64,000 nt of DNA. Source: Lingula anatina (lineage: Eukaryota; Animalia; Brachiopoda). The translations under genes and the position numbers were made by a program. Below the pieces are notes generated by a model. That model was not told the DNA's origin. It ran no database searches and saw only the letters and a list, made by a program, of their open reading frames with translations. This document shows, one piece after another, positions 15,657 to 28,872 of this stretch. Position 1 is the first letter of the stretch, and the number at the start of each line of letters is the position of its first letter. The stretch covers positions 18,352,001 through 18,416,000 of the forward strand of contig CM120646.1 of NCBI GenBank assembly GCA_051362555.1. The letters are read 5' to 3'.

Positions 15657-16717
15657 TCGGGGGATGACATGAGATAGTCACCCTGACATCATAAATTTTT
15701 TTCAGAAGTTGCAATGCAAGACTCATTTTTTAATACACAGAAAAAAATCATGTCATGCAAGTTTGGAATTTAGAATATTACATGAAAAATGAAAATAACA
15801 AAGACCTCATGCACCAGCAGTATTAAAAAGAATCCTAATATTTCATTAATCTCATTACCCTAGTCCATTACCATTCCCTCCTTTCACTGGCTCTACTTCC
15901 TATCTGGTGAACACAAATTGCCTTCCTGTGCTTAGAAAAAAATCCATACGTTTCTTTATCTTGAAAAACTGGTCTCATCTTGCTTGATTTCCTGCATCAG
16001 GAAGCAAGACTGGTTTTGTGTCCAGACTCCAGAGAGATTGAGATCTGTTACATCTGGTGCACAGCGTTTTCATTTTTTTCCCCCATTTGATCATGTAATG
16101 AACTGATGGTTGCATGATGTTCACTGAAAGAATTCTTTTTTATTTCAGTGAAATGTCCTCATTGCATTTTAAATTATATCTCCTGATATAATACCTTCTA
16201 CTTATTGACCATATCAAAAAAGATACTAAATCCAAAATTCCACAATTTCTCCCTCCCCAAAATAAAATAAAATAAACACATGAAAAATAATTATGACAAG
16301 ATTACTTTTAAGATATAAATATAATTGGTTAAAAGCTTAATCAGCTTAACAAATGTACCGAAAATCTTTTTTGACATGAAACAAATTTCCTCCCCTAAAA
16401 AAAAAAGAGAGAGAGAAAACATAATGAGTGCAAAAAAGCAGTAGCCTTAAGCCGTGATTACAGGAATTATTATAGCTAATCAATACCTCTACTGAGCTTC
16501 CATCTAAATTAATGCACATTTGTACAATTAACACCAAGAAATGACAGAGAATTAGAATCACGGTCAGTGCATTTTTTTCATTGCTTATCCGATTGAACCA
16601 GCCATGTATATTAATTGCAATTTCAAGCAGTTCTTGATGTAGTGTGAAACCTCTGTTTGCCTTAGGCTGGTTTTTACATCCCTGTATTGCAGTGGGGCAA
16701 CTGCACTAAACTTTTGC

Positions 16718-16760
<43 letters not shown>
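16718..16760. repeat. (GA)n microsatellite
   Basis: Direct reading; one interruption. Confidence 0.95.
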
Positions 16761-18056
16761 CGTGAAGTTAAATGAGGGAAAAAAAAGCATATAAACTAAA
16801 CAAAAAAAAGCACTAAAGAGATTAAATGAAGAGATCAAACATTTTTTTCAGCCACTGTATTTTCCAAAGTGCATTCACTACATAAGTGTACTTTAGAAAC
16901 TGGTAATTTTAAAACATAACTTCACTGAATCAAAAAAAAACTCTTCTGACCAGATCAAATATGCTTTAAGTTCTCTGCAATCAACCATTTCCTTGTTACT
17001 CACCTCAATATTCCCGTCACCTACACTTTACCAAAAAACCGTCTCCTGACCTTCTGGTACTGCCCTCGGCCCTACACAGCCACCATGCTAATTACAGCAA
17101 CAAAAATGTTCCAGCCTAAACTGTTGGCCAAGTCAAAACCTCGGAAATTAATCCAATGCCATCCTAGCCTGATATTTGCCAATTATGATCAGCCGGTAGA
17201 GCACCAATTCCCTTTGATCTTAAACTCTACTTAGTTCTGGCCGATTTGTTTATAAACATTTTCTAATTGTATACAAATAAAAGAATATTTTGGATGAAGA
17301 ATGAAAACAGCAGGGATTTGTCATCTCACCTGGACACTAACAGAGTGAGGATTACAGGTGTTTTTATACCTGAGCACTGGTTATCTATACACCTGAACAT
17401 ACCTGACTACACACAGACACCCCATCAAAGGCCCAACAGCAACTGTTTCATCCAAACATAGACTCAGAATCAAATAGCCAAGTTAAACAAGGAAATCCAA
17501 AAATATGTGCTGCACATCTTTTAGTGTACAAAATATTTTTCAAAAATATTAGTCAGACAAGGTCTTATTTTCTCAGGATTTATAATACATATGAGTGGAA
17601 TCCATTAACTACTTTACCTTATCTCCCCTCCCCCCCCCCCCCCCCCCACACACCCCACCACCTTTTAACCATATAAAAAGATAATTCATAATCTTCAAAG
17701 AAAAGCTTTTTGTTTTATTTACCAAATATACAGTATAAGATTTTCCCAAATGATGGCAAATTTTACCCCGAGTTTCAGTATCACTGTCTTTCTTCATTAA
17801 TAACATATGTACAATTATTGGGTTAAACATACTATTGAGGGGAAACATTAAACCTATATCTACCGGATTATTTCATACAAAGCAAATAAACCTGTAATAT
17901 GTCTGCCAGGAAAAGGTCATTCTACTTAGAGATAGGAATAAACTGATTTCAAGGAAAATATCACCTTTAGGAACAGAAGGTCAAAGCTATACTTAGAGGA
18001 GGGATGAAGGAGCAAGATACGTTAATTTTTTCTCTCTTCAAATCAGTCATGTGAAA

Positions 18057-18091
<35 letters not shown>

Positions 18092-19160
18092 TCACTAAAT
18101 AACACAAAAGAGCAGATTTTCCAGTGTAAGATGGAAACTGGACGTATTATTTGATCCAATTCCCACACAAAGTAAATGTTATCCCAAGATGGTAAAAAAG
18201 TCACGTCACGACCACTTGCACTAACACTTCACTCCACCATTCCCACTCCTCTTAAATTTCCCAGCAAACACTTCCCAATAAGAAAAACTCAGATCTTTTT
18301 ACACAAACCCTCATCATTGTTATTGAAGCTGCATCTCTCCTAGCAGCAGGAAAAATATCAGAACGTTTGCAGTATAAACACTTCACCATTGAAGTATTTG
18401 TGATAAAATACAACTTGCAACTTGAGTGGTATCACAAAAGTTAGTGCGATAGCTCTCATCTTGTATTAGATGTTGTGATTGCCAGAGTGAGGAAATAATA
18501 CAATTTCGTGGCACAATTTTCTACTACTTGCAGGCAGTTTTTTTTTTTTTGGCCTATACATACATTACAAAAGAAAAGTCAGGCAAATGACTACCTATCA
18601 GGAATCTTACGTCATACATTATTTGTTTACACAGCACTATGGGAAAACCTGGGAATCAAGTACCCAGTACAAGGGGATCTTATATTGCAGTGCTAAAAAT
18701 GTACAAACAAAAGACATGCACATTTTAGGCAATTTACCCCCCCCCCCCCCCCCATAATGAAAGGTAATATTAATACTATAAAATTGCTTAAAGAAAAGGA
18801 TGAGCCCTGAAATATATAGAATCCCCCCTCCAAAAGAATAAAAAGAAAAAAAGTCCTCCGCTTCCATAGGAGATGCATAATGTAACATCCACATCAGGAT
18901 TATTCTCTCCAAACTAAGCGATTACTTGCCATACCATTCTTTTTTTTTTCACATAATTAAATAATGAAAATATATAGTCAATGTTCAAGATGAGAAAATA
19001 ACCAAGTTACCATTTAGAGTTCACAAACTTTCCATATACATTGATTGTGGTGAGAAAATATGTGTTTGTGGGAGAAGACATTCATCAAACTGCACATTTT
19101 TTCTATAATCAAAAGTTTTAAAAACTGTTAAGTGTAATTATTTTACAAAGTACCACTTAC

Positions 19161-19228
19161 CACATAAAAACAGGCGGTTAAAATATTGGACCTGCTTCTG
19201 AAGCATATGAGTCAGTTCCACAGGTGAT
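19161..19228 (-). other. Candidate internal exon (68 nt) of the same gene
   Basis: ttttttctag|ATCACC...TTATGTG|gtaagt; continues the frame of the 20268-20341 exon (ESPVELTHMLQKQVQYFNRLFLC). Confidence 0.45.
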
Positions 19229-19874
19229 CTAGAAAAAAATAAATAACTTTTAGTAAATTGAAAGTGCAACCAAGACAGAAATATTTCTTTGATGAGCAAC
19301 AAAACTTTGTTCATAGATCAATATAATTATCTCAAGACAGCATTTTAAAAATATTTTTAAATATTTTGTTTAAGTCTGTATAACGTCATTCAACCAAAAC
19401 AATACACAAGCATACAAATACACCTACTGTATAAACAACAAATAATTTTAAAAAATCATCCTCAATGTTCACAAAGTCCTCTTTTTTGTAATTGAATCAC
19501 GATAATTTAAGAACTAATCCATGCATTCGGAAAGACAAATACCTTTGGGATTAGTTTATCTTTTTGGGAGCATATAATCCAGTAATTTACAGACCCTACC
19601 TAAAGTAATTGCCCCTAATAAGCTTTTTTTCCCATCCTTTTTATCATTATGCTCTTTTTTTTATCATTGTCATTTTTAATCAACCTATTTAGCATTACTA
19701 GTCTAGCAAGTCATTAATGTGGATTTGCTAACAATTAAAAAGAGATGCAACTTCTACCAGTTATATGCCGTTATTATTTGTTCATACTTAAGAATCTGCA
19801 AATACATCTCCTCACCTTTATCATACATGTATTTAGAAAAACACCCATATTTCAGAAAAAAATGAAAAATCAGT

Positions 19875-20135
19875 AGTTGGGTTGGTGCAGGGATAGATGA
19901 ATGGGTAGGTATGTGGGTGGATGTTGGGTGTAAGGTTAGATGGATACACCAATGTATGTGGGTGGGTGTTGGGTGTATGGATACATTGTAGCCGGGTCAA
20001 TGTGTTTGGATAGATGAATGGGCGGGTATGTGGGTCTGAGTTGGGTGTATAGGTATGTGGTAGATGAATGAGTAGGTGGGTGTTGGGTGTATGGGTGGAT
20101 GGGTGGTTGGATGGAAGGATAGAGAGATGGATATG
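19875..20135. repeat. Degenerate G/T-rich tandem repeat
   Basis: Recurring TAGATGAATG, GGTATGTGGGT and TGTTGGGTGTA blocks. Confidence 0.7.
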
Positions 20136-20267
20136 CTGTATATACATGTATAAATAGATAAACATGAGTACAGCTAAACCGCATGCTGTTTCATCATAAA
20201 TCTATAACAATAACAGCTTGAGGAGAAAATCTTTTAAGTATATCAATTTTCTTGCACTTGCTCTTAC

Positions 20268-20341
20268 TCAGTCACCTTCTTTGCCAATCCTTCCAGTTTA
20301 TGATATAGACCATGGTCAATATATTTGTCTACCGCCTCTGG
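20268..20341 (-). other. Candidate internal exon (74 nt) of a large minus-strand gene
   Basis: ctttcttttcacag|CCAGAGG...GTGACTGA|gtaaga; frame 0 open (PEAVDKYIDHGLYHKLEGLAKKVT). Confidence 0.5.
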
Positions 20342-20874
20342 CTGTGAAAAGAAAGCATTTCAATTAGCATTCTGGGCCTAATTCCAGCACATACAGCAAG
20401 ATTGGTGCAAAAAATAGTGTTTTGAGATGTTGAATGTAACAGGACAGCTGCAACCCAAACTGCAATAATTCCAACTTTCTTGTGTGAAAGCATTTGTCAA
20501 ACGTCATGTAAGTGCACACTTACAATTGCCATACTCTTGTTTAAGCATCTGTGATTAATTTTTTTTTTGTTTTTGTTTTTTGTTTTTTTAACCAAAGCAT
20601 GAAATCTTGATCGTACCTATCCAAAGTTAAGTGTTGAAGAGAGAATTGTCTATTTAGTACTGATGATGATCTACCAAAAGTATATCTTCTAATTTGAAAA
20701 TAAAATGTGTAATCATTTCAGAATATATTCACACATAGTTAACAAGTTGTATATATTAAAATGAAGAGCTTTAACTGACAATCAAAGTTATAAAATCAAA
20801 TAACTAGTGACTTTCCAACCAAAAGGGACATAAATATTATACCTAAGCAGGGTAAATTGTGGAAGCAAAAATTC

Positions 20875-20905
<31 letters not shown>

Positions 20906-21020
20906 TGAAAAGCTCCAATATCAAAGTGTGCATTATTGCACAAGATGTGTAATGCCTCAATGACTAAAGGCCTATAATCAATGTATAATTGAAGTACATT
21001 AGGAAAGGCAGGGGGGAATG

Positions 21021-21340
21021 ACTCCCAAAATCAATACAATGTAACACTGTGTAACCAACAGTTAGTATTCTACTGTGTTATCCCAAAGCTATGGATACAA
21101 TGTAACAGCATGTAACCAACATATACAATATTGTACTAAGTCTACTTGCAATAATGAATACAATGTAACACTATGTAACCAATAGCTACAGTATTGCATT
21201 CAGTGTTCTCCTAAACTATGCATACAATGTAACACTATGTAACCAACCATTACAGTATTGCACCCAGTATACTCCCAAACTACAGATATAGTGTAACACT
21301 GTGTAACCAACTGTTACAGCATGGTACACTGTGTAACTGT
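21021..21340. repeat. Diverged minisatellite, ~61-64-bp unit, ~5 copies
   Basis: Head TACAATGTAACACTRTGTAACCAAC recurs at ~21035, 21096, 21159, 21223 and 21287. Confidence 0.8.
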
Positions 21341-23534
21341 AAGATATCTGTACCAGAATAATAGGAAAGAAATTCTGATAAATGAATAAAGGGCTTCCAT
21401 TACTGGGTATTACAAAGCATAAAAACTGGTTAACTCCTGCTAAACAAATTAGTTTCCTAACCAGAATCTGAATGAAAATTGATGTACCCACAATTCAAAT
21501 AACTACCCCAAATATAGTGGAAACTGAGGACAGAATAATGCATGGGACGCTGGACCTACACAATAATTAAATAAGGCAGAGGTAGCCTAGAGCTGATCCT
21601 GCCATGAATAATTCAAATGACGGAATAGACACTGCCAATTACATTAATTGGGTAGGCAAGAAATACATTACATCACTGTACTCTTAGTAATACATTTGAC
21701 CAACACATCAACAGTGTCACTAAAAGTGAGGCAAGACGGTTATCAAATAGGCTAGAAAAAAATTAACAAAACAATTCATAGTGTTTAATGACAACACATT
21801 TTATAATTTAGTAAAACTTGTTATACAAATATTACAACTAAACAATAACATGCAGGAGGAGCCCATAGTCCCTTCCTAATGAGTCAATAAAGTATTTATC
21901 ATAAAATTATATAACAACTGCATAATTATCTGACATATGACTCTATAATAACTATAGCATTCTGTTCAGAGGTTCAATCATGTTGATGAGGCTCTATGCT
22001 TATACTGTGTGTGACAGTTTTTAAAAGGATTAAGTCTTGCTACTGGTTTGCTTTAAATTTGAAAAAAAAAAGCATAACAAACCCATCATCTTCTTATCAT
22101 TGTGTGAATGCATTATAGTTGTGTGCTATATCAGTATATATATAATTATCTAGTATCTTACAAAACTGATATACTGCACATGAAATGATTAAACTTTTAA
22201 TTTTAAAACAGTAAAAAAAAAACAGTAGAAAAAACATACAACTTACTCTATCAATGTTGCACTATCATTCTAAAATCGCACCTTCCCTCACACCTGATAT
22301 ACCTTAATTGACTAATGGCTCAGGTTGACAGTGACAAATGTAGCCGGAATAACTTAACATAATGACAACCATTTCATACACTGCTAAACATATGGTGAAT
22401 CATGCTTCTGATATATCTTACACCTTCAAGCATCTCTCAAGCTGCCTTACATACATGTGTATGATCAAAATTGTTGTAATAATGACGGAATGGATTATGT
22501 AGAGAAAAACTCAACAGCAAAACCATTACAACAAAGAATACTGCACATGCAACATGCAAGGCAGACCAATGATCCAAAAAGACATTAATTTTCTTATCTA
22601 ACTGACAAAAGTTGCCTCTCTCTGCTGAATCCTCATTTTATCATATCTTCTATTCACTATCATAATTAATGCAACAACAATGATAATAATACCTCTATAA
22701 AATTATGTAATGTTATCATCTACCTCTTTGTGAATCTAGCACCAAGGAATCGCAAGATGCCTTCCAGTTGGTTCACTGCGCCAACAGCATCCAACTAATT
22801 GGTAGCTACAGCTATCTCTTTCTGCTGATCTCAGCCAGCAAATTCAACTTGCCGATGACGACCTTTCCTAAAATCAATACAATCTTCTACTTGACCCACT
22901 GCAATTAAATCTGCATTTCTCTCCTCAGTAATCACACTACATGCAAGTGGTAGTTTTTTTCTGCAATCAGATGGAATCTTGTTAGTTGTCTTCAGAGATG
23001 GTGCTCAGCCTGCATGCAAACTTGAGTTGCAGTTCAATTTCTGATAATATGCGTGCTTTCTGACTTACAACTGTTTTACTATGGTTGTTTATGTTTTTTA
23101 AATGTTTTTTTTATCATAATCATCATTAAAACTGCATAATTGTACCAATCTTTGGCCGACTTTTTTGCCATACTGGTATCTGTAAGTAATGTAGTTCAAA
23201 TTTAATTTTATCCTACTGCATTTTAGTATGAATTATAAAATAAAAGTTTGACCCAAGATACAAATAAACATGTATCTATAGTTTATATAATTATTCACCC
23301 ATAATAATCTATCTATTTAGAATACATATGTAAACTATAATACTGGAATTCAGAAGAATTGTACATTTAATTTCAAAATAATATTTTTAAAAATTTATCA
23401 AGATTATTTCTTAATACCAGGAAATGAATACTGAAATAAGTGAGCCAAACTTTGAAAAAAAGACTGTTCACTCCCTTAATTCCTGTACAATTTAATTCTG
23501 TGGCATATAATATTCTGTGTTATAAATTTATTGT

Positions 23535-24095
23535 TTATCATGTCATATGTCACGTCACATTTGAAATCAAGTTATGCCATGCCATGTATTAAAATGTCAT
23601 GCCATATTATATTATATAATACTACATCACGCACATTCAGTACATCACGAGTTCATGTCACATAATTTCATTGTGACAGTACGTACCAGTATTGTGAACG
23701 GCAACATATTAGAAAAGATACAGATAAATGTCATGTCACATGCCATATGTTAAGTCACATGATGCCATACAATACATAATGTTATTATCATATGCCTATA
23801 TTTCATCATATTATGTCATATCGTGTAATATTTCACATAGGGTCAGGCTAAATCATGTTTTTTATCTCTAGGGCACAGGCCAGCCATGCCACCCCCTACC
23901 ACAATATTTCACATAAGGACATCATGTCTTATTAATTATGTTTCACATCATGTCATTTATATTTCATTAACTCACCATACCATGTCGCCTCATAATATTT
24001 CACATAACATCATGCTATGTCATGTTTTCACATCCTTCCATATATTTCAACATATCATAATCATGCCAATATTTTCATATATCATATATCATATC
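23535..24095. repeat. Degenerate CATAT/CATGT/CACAT pentamer-derived low-complexity tract
   Basis: 5-bp periodic CAT motifs over ~560 bp. Confidence 0.6.
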
Positions 24096-24508
24096 AACAA
24101 TAATTACAACATCCACAGACAGTTATAAATAGCAGTGCTCTGTCCCTATAATAGACCCACCCCAGCCGCCATGAAATCCCAGTTGGTTTCCCTCTGTATA
24201 AAACTAGACTTCTCAGGTCATATCTCAGGAGCACTGCATGATGTACTTATGCATCATATGGTAGCTGGTACCTTGGAGAATTTTCAGAGTCAATTTTCTT
24301 GAGATCCCTACAGATTACTACAGGATTCTGTAAGAACTTCAGGAATCAATAGATGACTTCTTAAGGTTCCTGACATGCAATTGGCAAAGTTTATTATAAG
24401 TGGTAAAAAACTTGCAAATACATACTCCAAATCCTTGCTGCAAAAGGTACCTTTATCTCATATGTCATGGTCATCTGGATACCTGGAAAGGTCTTATTCG
24501 CTAATACC

Positions 24509-24673
24509 CAGGGGCGGATCCAGAGATATTTCCTGACAGTCTTCCAAATTATCTTTATTACCATCCTTCATTTTGACTGTCTTCCGACAGAAAAAAATAG
24601 ATACCTGTCAATGTAAACTTAAAAGTCTGACCGTCTTCCAGAAGACCCAGAAGATGGCCTAAATCCGCCCCTG
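24509..24673. mobile_element. MITE family A, copy 1 (165 bp)
   Basis: TIR CAGGGGCGGAT...ATCCGCCCCTG; direct repeat AATACC on both flanks; homologous to 28705-28872 and 50201-50368. Confidence 0.85.
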
Positions 24674-26538
24674 AATACCTGCATCTTATCTGTGAAATTA
24701 TATTTTATTTGGTACATTACTGCTCAAGTCATTGAGAACTATACCAATTGCAAGCAGCTGCCAATAAACAATTGGTTTGTCACTGTTTAAGTCACTGAAA
24801 AAAAAAACGATTGGTGAAAACACCAAAAATTGTACCAAACAATGTGCACCACAAACACTCATTGGGTTCATTACTTGTTTATCAGTATGAGTGTAGTGTA
24901 CACAACTTCACAGCAAAAATTCTATCACATGGCTGCTTTTCCTATTGAACTCAACATGAGCAATTCATCACTGGCACCATAAACAGTTAAAAACTGTTTC
25001 TGCATACAAAAATTAAAAAAAAATTTATAAAGCAATTACTGTCCTGTTAACAACAAACTAAAGCTTTAAAATTTGAACTTCAGTTTCATCTGTTGAGGTC
25101 CAAACCCATACTTTCACATTTGTACCAGCTCTAAGCTCATTGCCAAATGACATACATAAATCAACATAAAAAAAATAAATAGTTTATGGTTTTCTTAATT
25201 ATAACATTCTCTGGAGACAATGCAATCTGATTTAAGCTTCATAAATACCTCTGTCTTTTGAGGAATAAGATGAACAAACCATATTGTGCCAGCAGAAAGT
25301 GCCTACTGTGTGACAGCAAACTATAACATCTACAATTCTTGCTACATGGTTCAGTATGCCCTGGCTGATTCAGAGTTGGGGGGGGGGGGTATCAGGGGAA
25401 GGCATGAACTACATGTACATATTTTTGAGTCTCTCTTGTTTTGTTTGGGCATATAAACACATTTTGAGAGAAGCCAGTATAGAATGGGATCACTTGTCCC
25501 TTTGCCCACTTCAGCATGCCCATGGGTTGACCTAAACTGTATCCTGGCCCTCCTGCCTCCACCAAAACACATTCTCATGCATGTTATCCAGTAACAGAAT
25601 TTGATCAATATAGAGCAGTCGGTATCAGGACTGTGCAGCTTAATCAAGTCAGTGAAAACCCTACGGAGAGCATAACACTGGATAATCACCACACGATTCA
25701 CTAGCTATTGATCATATTTCCCCAGGGAGCACCTTTTGGGGCATAAACACAAGGGGATCTGGATGCAGGATCTAAATACATATTGGTTTTAACAAATAGG
25801 TAGTGAATAGGTTCGGAGAAAAAAATGCAAGGTTTAATTTGTGGGAGGAGATATGCATGGATAGGGGTGCAAAAACTGAAGCATGTGTAAAAAAAAAATA
25901 ACAAAATTGGTTCTTGATGGAGAACAGAGGGTTCCAAACCATTGGAGTCAACGATTATGATCATATGGAATCCAAATTACAATTAAGTACGACAAGTTTA
26001 ATGGCCATTTTGCATTTGAGTTTGAAGTGCATTTCATTGCATCATTTGTAGATCAATATCACACAGAATCACACAGATGTCCATGTATCGTGACTATTAT
26101 TTAACAGTAAAAAGCACACAACATGGCATCTAACACTGAAGTACACATGTAGCAGCCAAATTCAACATTTCGCTTGTTTTTGATTACCAAACTTACCATG
26201 TTTCTCTGTCCTAACAATGATAACTCTTTTATAGCCTGGGGTATCTGACCTCATGGGAGCAAAATAGAAGTTGCATTTCCATCTTTTCTCTAGAACATTC
26301 TATACCATAGTACTCAACCCTGAAGGTATATGTGCTGTGCATGTTAAAACACAAGACAAACAACTGTGTTCACTGGCAGAATTAGAAAAGGAAAGTAAAG
26401 GGAAATAATTTAAATTACATACTAGTATGATTAGATATTCCTTTTATCAAAAAGTAAAAAAATGTTTATTTAATTATTTTTTATTTTTTTGGGGGGGAAA
26501 AAGGTGATTCATGGATAGTGTGCGAGCCTTAGCATACA

Positions 26539-26541
<3 letters not shown>

Positions 26542-26578
<37 letters not shown>
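26542..26578. repeat. (CA)n microsatellite
   Basis: Direct reading. Confidence 0.95.
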
Positions 26579-26580
<2 letters not shown>

Positions 26581-28704
26581 CAAAAGTGGGTCTCCAAAAA
26601 CTACAGGGTACCAAGTCTAAACCTGATCAAAGTTGACTAGTACAATGACTAAAGCTATAGAAAATAGGAAAATAATCTTAAACAAACACTAAGATTTTCA
26701 TAAGCTTGAACGTTGAAAAATGCTATACTTTCACTACTCTAAAGTCAACTCCTACAGTATGATACCTTATACTGCCCATGTCCCATACTGTTATTGACAA
26801 AATACAAGTTTATTTAACCACTAACTAACAGCAGCAGCAGCAGACATTAACAACATTGTCTGCCCTTGTCAGTACAACCATTCATCACAAGATGGCACCT
26901 TGATGGTGCGGTGATTGCAGTACTTAATGCCAACTGTCACCTCCAGACAGGTGAGAAAGGATAAGGCCATTTAACCTGACAAAACACCTGTCACAACATG
27001 AAGACTTAAGGAGTACTAGGGGTTCATGGGTCGCTGCCTTCGTTTGACACAACCAATCATATGTTTAAGTTCATAGATCAGGATTTACAGTCCCTCAGCT
27101 GAACATGTTTATCTGTGGTATATATGTTTTTCTCTAAGAAGCAGTATGATTTTAAAATAGATGGAAATTTGAACCAAGATTTCCTATGACTCACTTGTTT
27201 TGCTTTTTTCTAGTTTATATGTTTCAGTTCTAGAAAATATCAATTATCTTAATTTTTTCAAGATTTATATGCACAGATAGAGAACACACAGTGCTTTACA
27301 ATATCTGAAAGATATCAAACAATAGTTTAGAATATGAGCATGAAAAGTATAGAATGCACTTATGTTACGTGCAACTGAAGTAAAAAGTCACACAGAATGC
27401 AAGAAATCACACTTACATATTTTATAAATGAATTATTCCATTTAATCTTTTTTCTCATTTTCACCATATGATTTCATTACTGTTCATTTCACTGGATCAA
27501 CCCCAAGCAATTCTTAATAACAATCAATAGATGTGTTTTAACAAAACCAAAATAGCAATTACTTCCCCATCATAAAATCATGAAAAGTGCTGTCAAATCC
27601 CTTCAATATTACATGATAAATTCTTCTGAAATATATGTCAAAGTGATCCATCAATCTATTCATTTTCCAAATCATGATACATTGTATCAGCAAAAGGGCT
27701 GCCAATCTATCACTGTGCAGTGCGCAATGATGATTGATGTCCAATGGGGGTGTATTCGGAGGTAAATGGATGATGGCGAGCCAAGTACAGAAAGTGTCGA
27801 GACGTTGACAAGACCAGACAGTGTTACACAAAGAGATATATGTCATCCCAAACCCTAAGGTTTGACACCTTTTAACAGTTTGACAGCTAGGGCAATCATA
27901 CATTTAAATCTGCATTTGGTTCAGTTTAAGTGATGGTTTTAAGGGGAAGCAACTGACACTGATCTGTGAGAAGTCCATGCTTTCATTCAAACATTATATT
28001 TTAAGCAACATACTTGTAGGAGTTGGGAGGTTTGAGCAAAACACTCTTTCTGGCCTTTCTATGTCATTTCTCAGAATGGGTTAACAAATGGGACAAAAAA
28101 AAAAGATCCACCTTTTTCTTTTCAGAAAATGACCCCTCCCCTCTTTTGAAATCGCTAAACTACAGACCCAACCTGTGTATGAGAGCTTGAACAAGACTTC
28201 TGCCAAAATTACCCATTGTGTTAGTGGTTCTTATCAGATTGTGTCAGACTATCGCGTCTTAGCCACAGCAGTGATCTGTTTCTAGGCTTCCTCTACTAGC
28301 ACAATATACCTATAACAACATCTAAATATTTAAGTTTTATCAAAAATCAATAAAGAAAATATAAAGCAGTTAAATACTTATAACCAGGTAAATCAGTTAA
28401 AATTAATAGCCAATAGCCAAGATAGTTGTATCTAGATTTATGAAGTTTTTAATCACATGCCTCTTCTCCCAATTCTCCACTACTGCATCATTATATTGAT
28501 AGACCACTTATTTATCATATAGAACTAGTACATAAAAAATTTATTTTTTCTACCACATCTGAGCTCCAAATCTGAGCTTCACGCAATGCAAGTCACTGGC
28601 CACAATTAAGGTTAATTGCATTTACAATTAGGAATCGTGTTAATCTGATTGCAATCAGCGAGAGTCCTGGTATAGCTTGAACTACCTATAGGATAGTTTA
28701 ATTG

Positions 28705-28872
28705 CAGGAGCAGATCCAGAGCTATTTACTGACAGTCTTCCAAATTATCTTTGTTGATTCATCCTCCAATTTTGACCATTTTCCGACTGAAAAAATTACA
28801 TACCCGTCAATGTAAATATGAAAATCTGACCATCTTCTGGAAGACCCAGTAGACGCTCTAAATCCGCCCCTG
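28705..28872. mobile_element. MITE family A, copy 2 (more decayed)
   Basis: CAGGAGCAGATCCAGAG...AAATCCGCCCCTG, collinear with copy 1; flanks AATTG/TATTG. Confidence 0.8.

Noticed and set aside
19833-20184. His/Pro/Thr-rich ORFs
   Set aside because: Translation of a degenerate tandem repeat.
20300-20341. PEAVDKYIDHGLY resembles the C-terminal motif of NMNAT/NadD (P..V..YI..HGLY)
   Set aside because: Spacing is one residue short and no upstream NMNAT exons were found; probably chance.
21035-21340. CRISPR-like array (conserved ~25-bp head plus ~36-39-bp variable segment, 5 units)
   Set aside because: The 'spacers' are homologous to each other (ACAGTATTG...CTCCCAAACTA), the heads vary, no cas genes are present and the context is eukaryotic; it is a decayed minisatellite.
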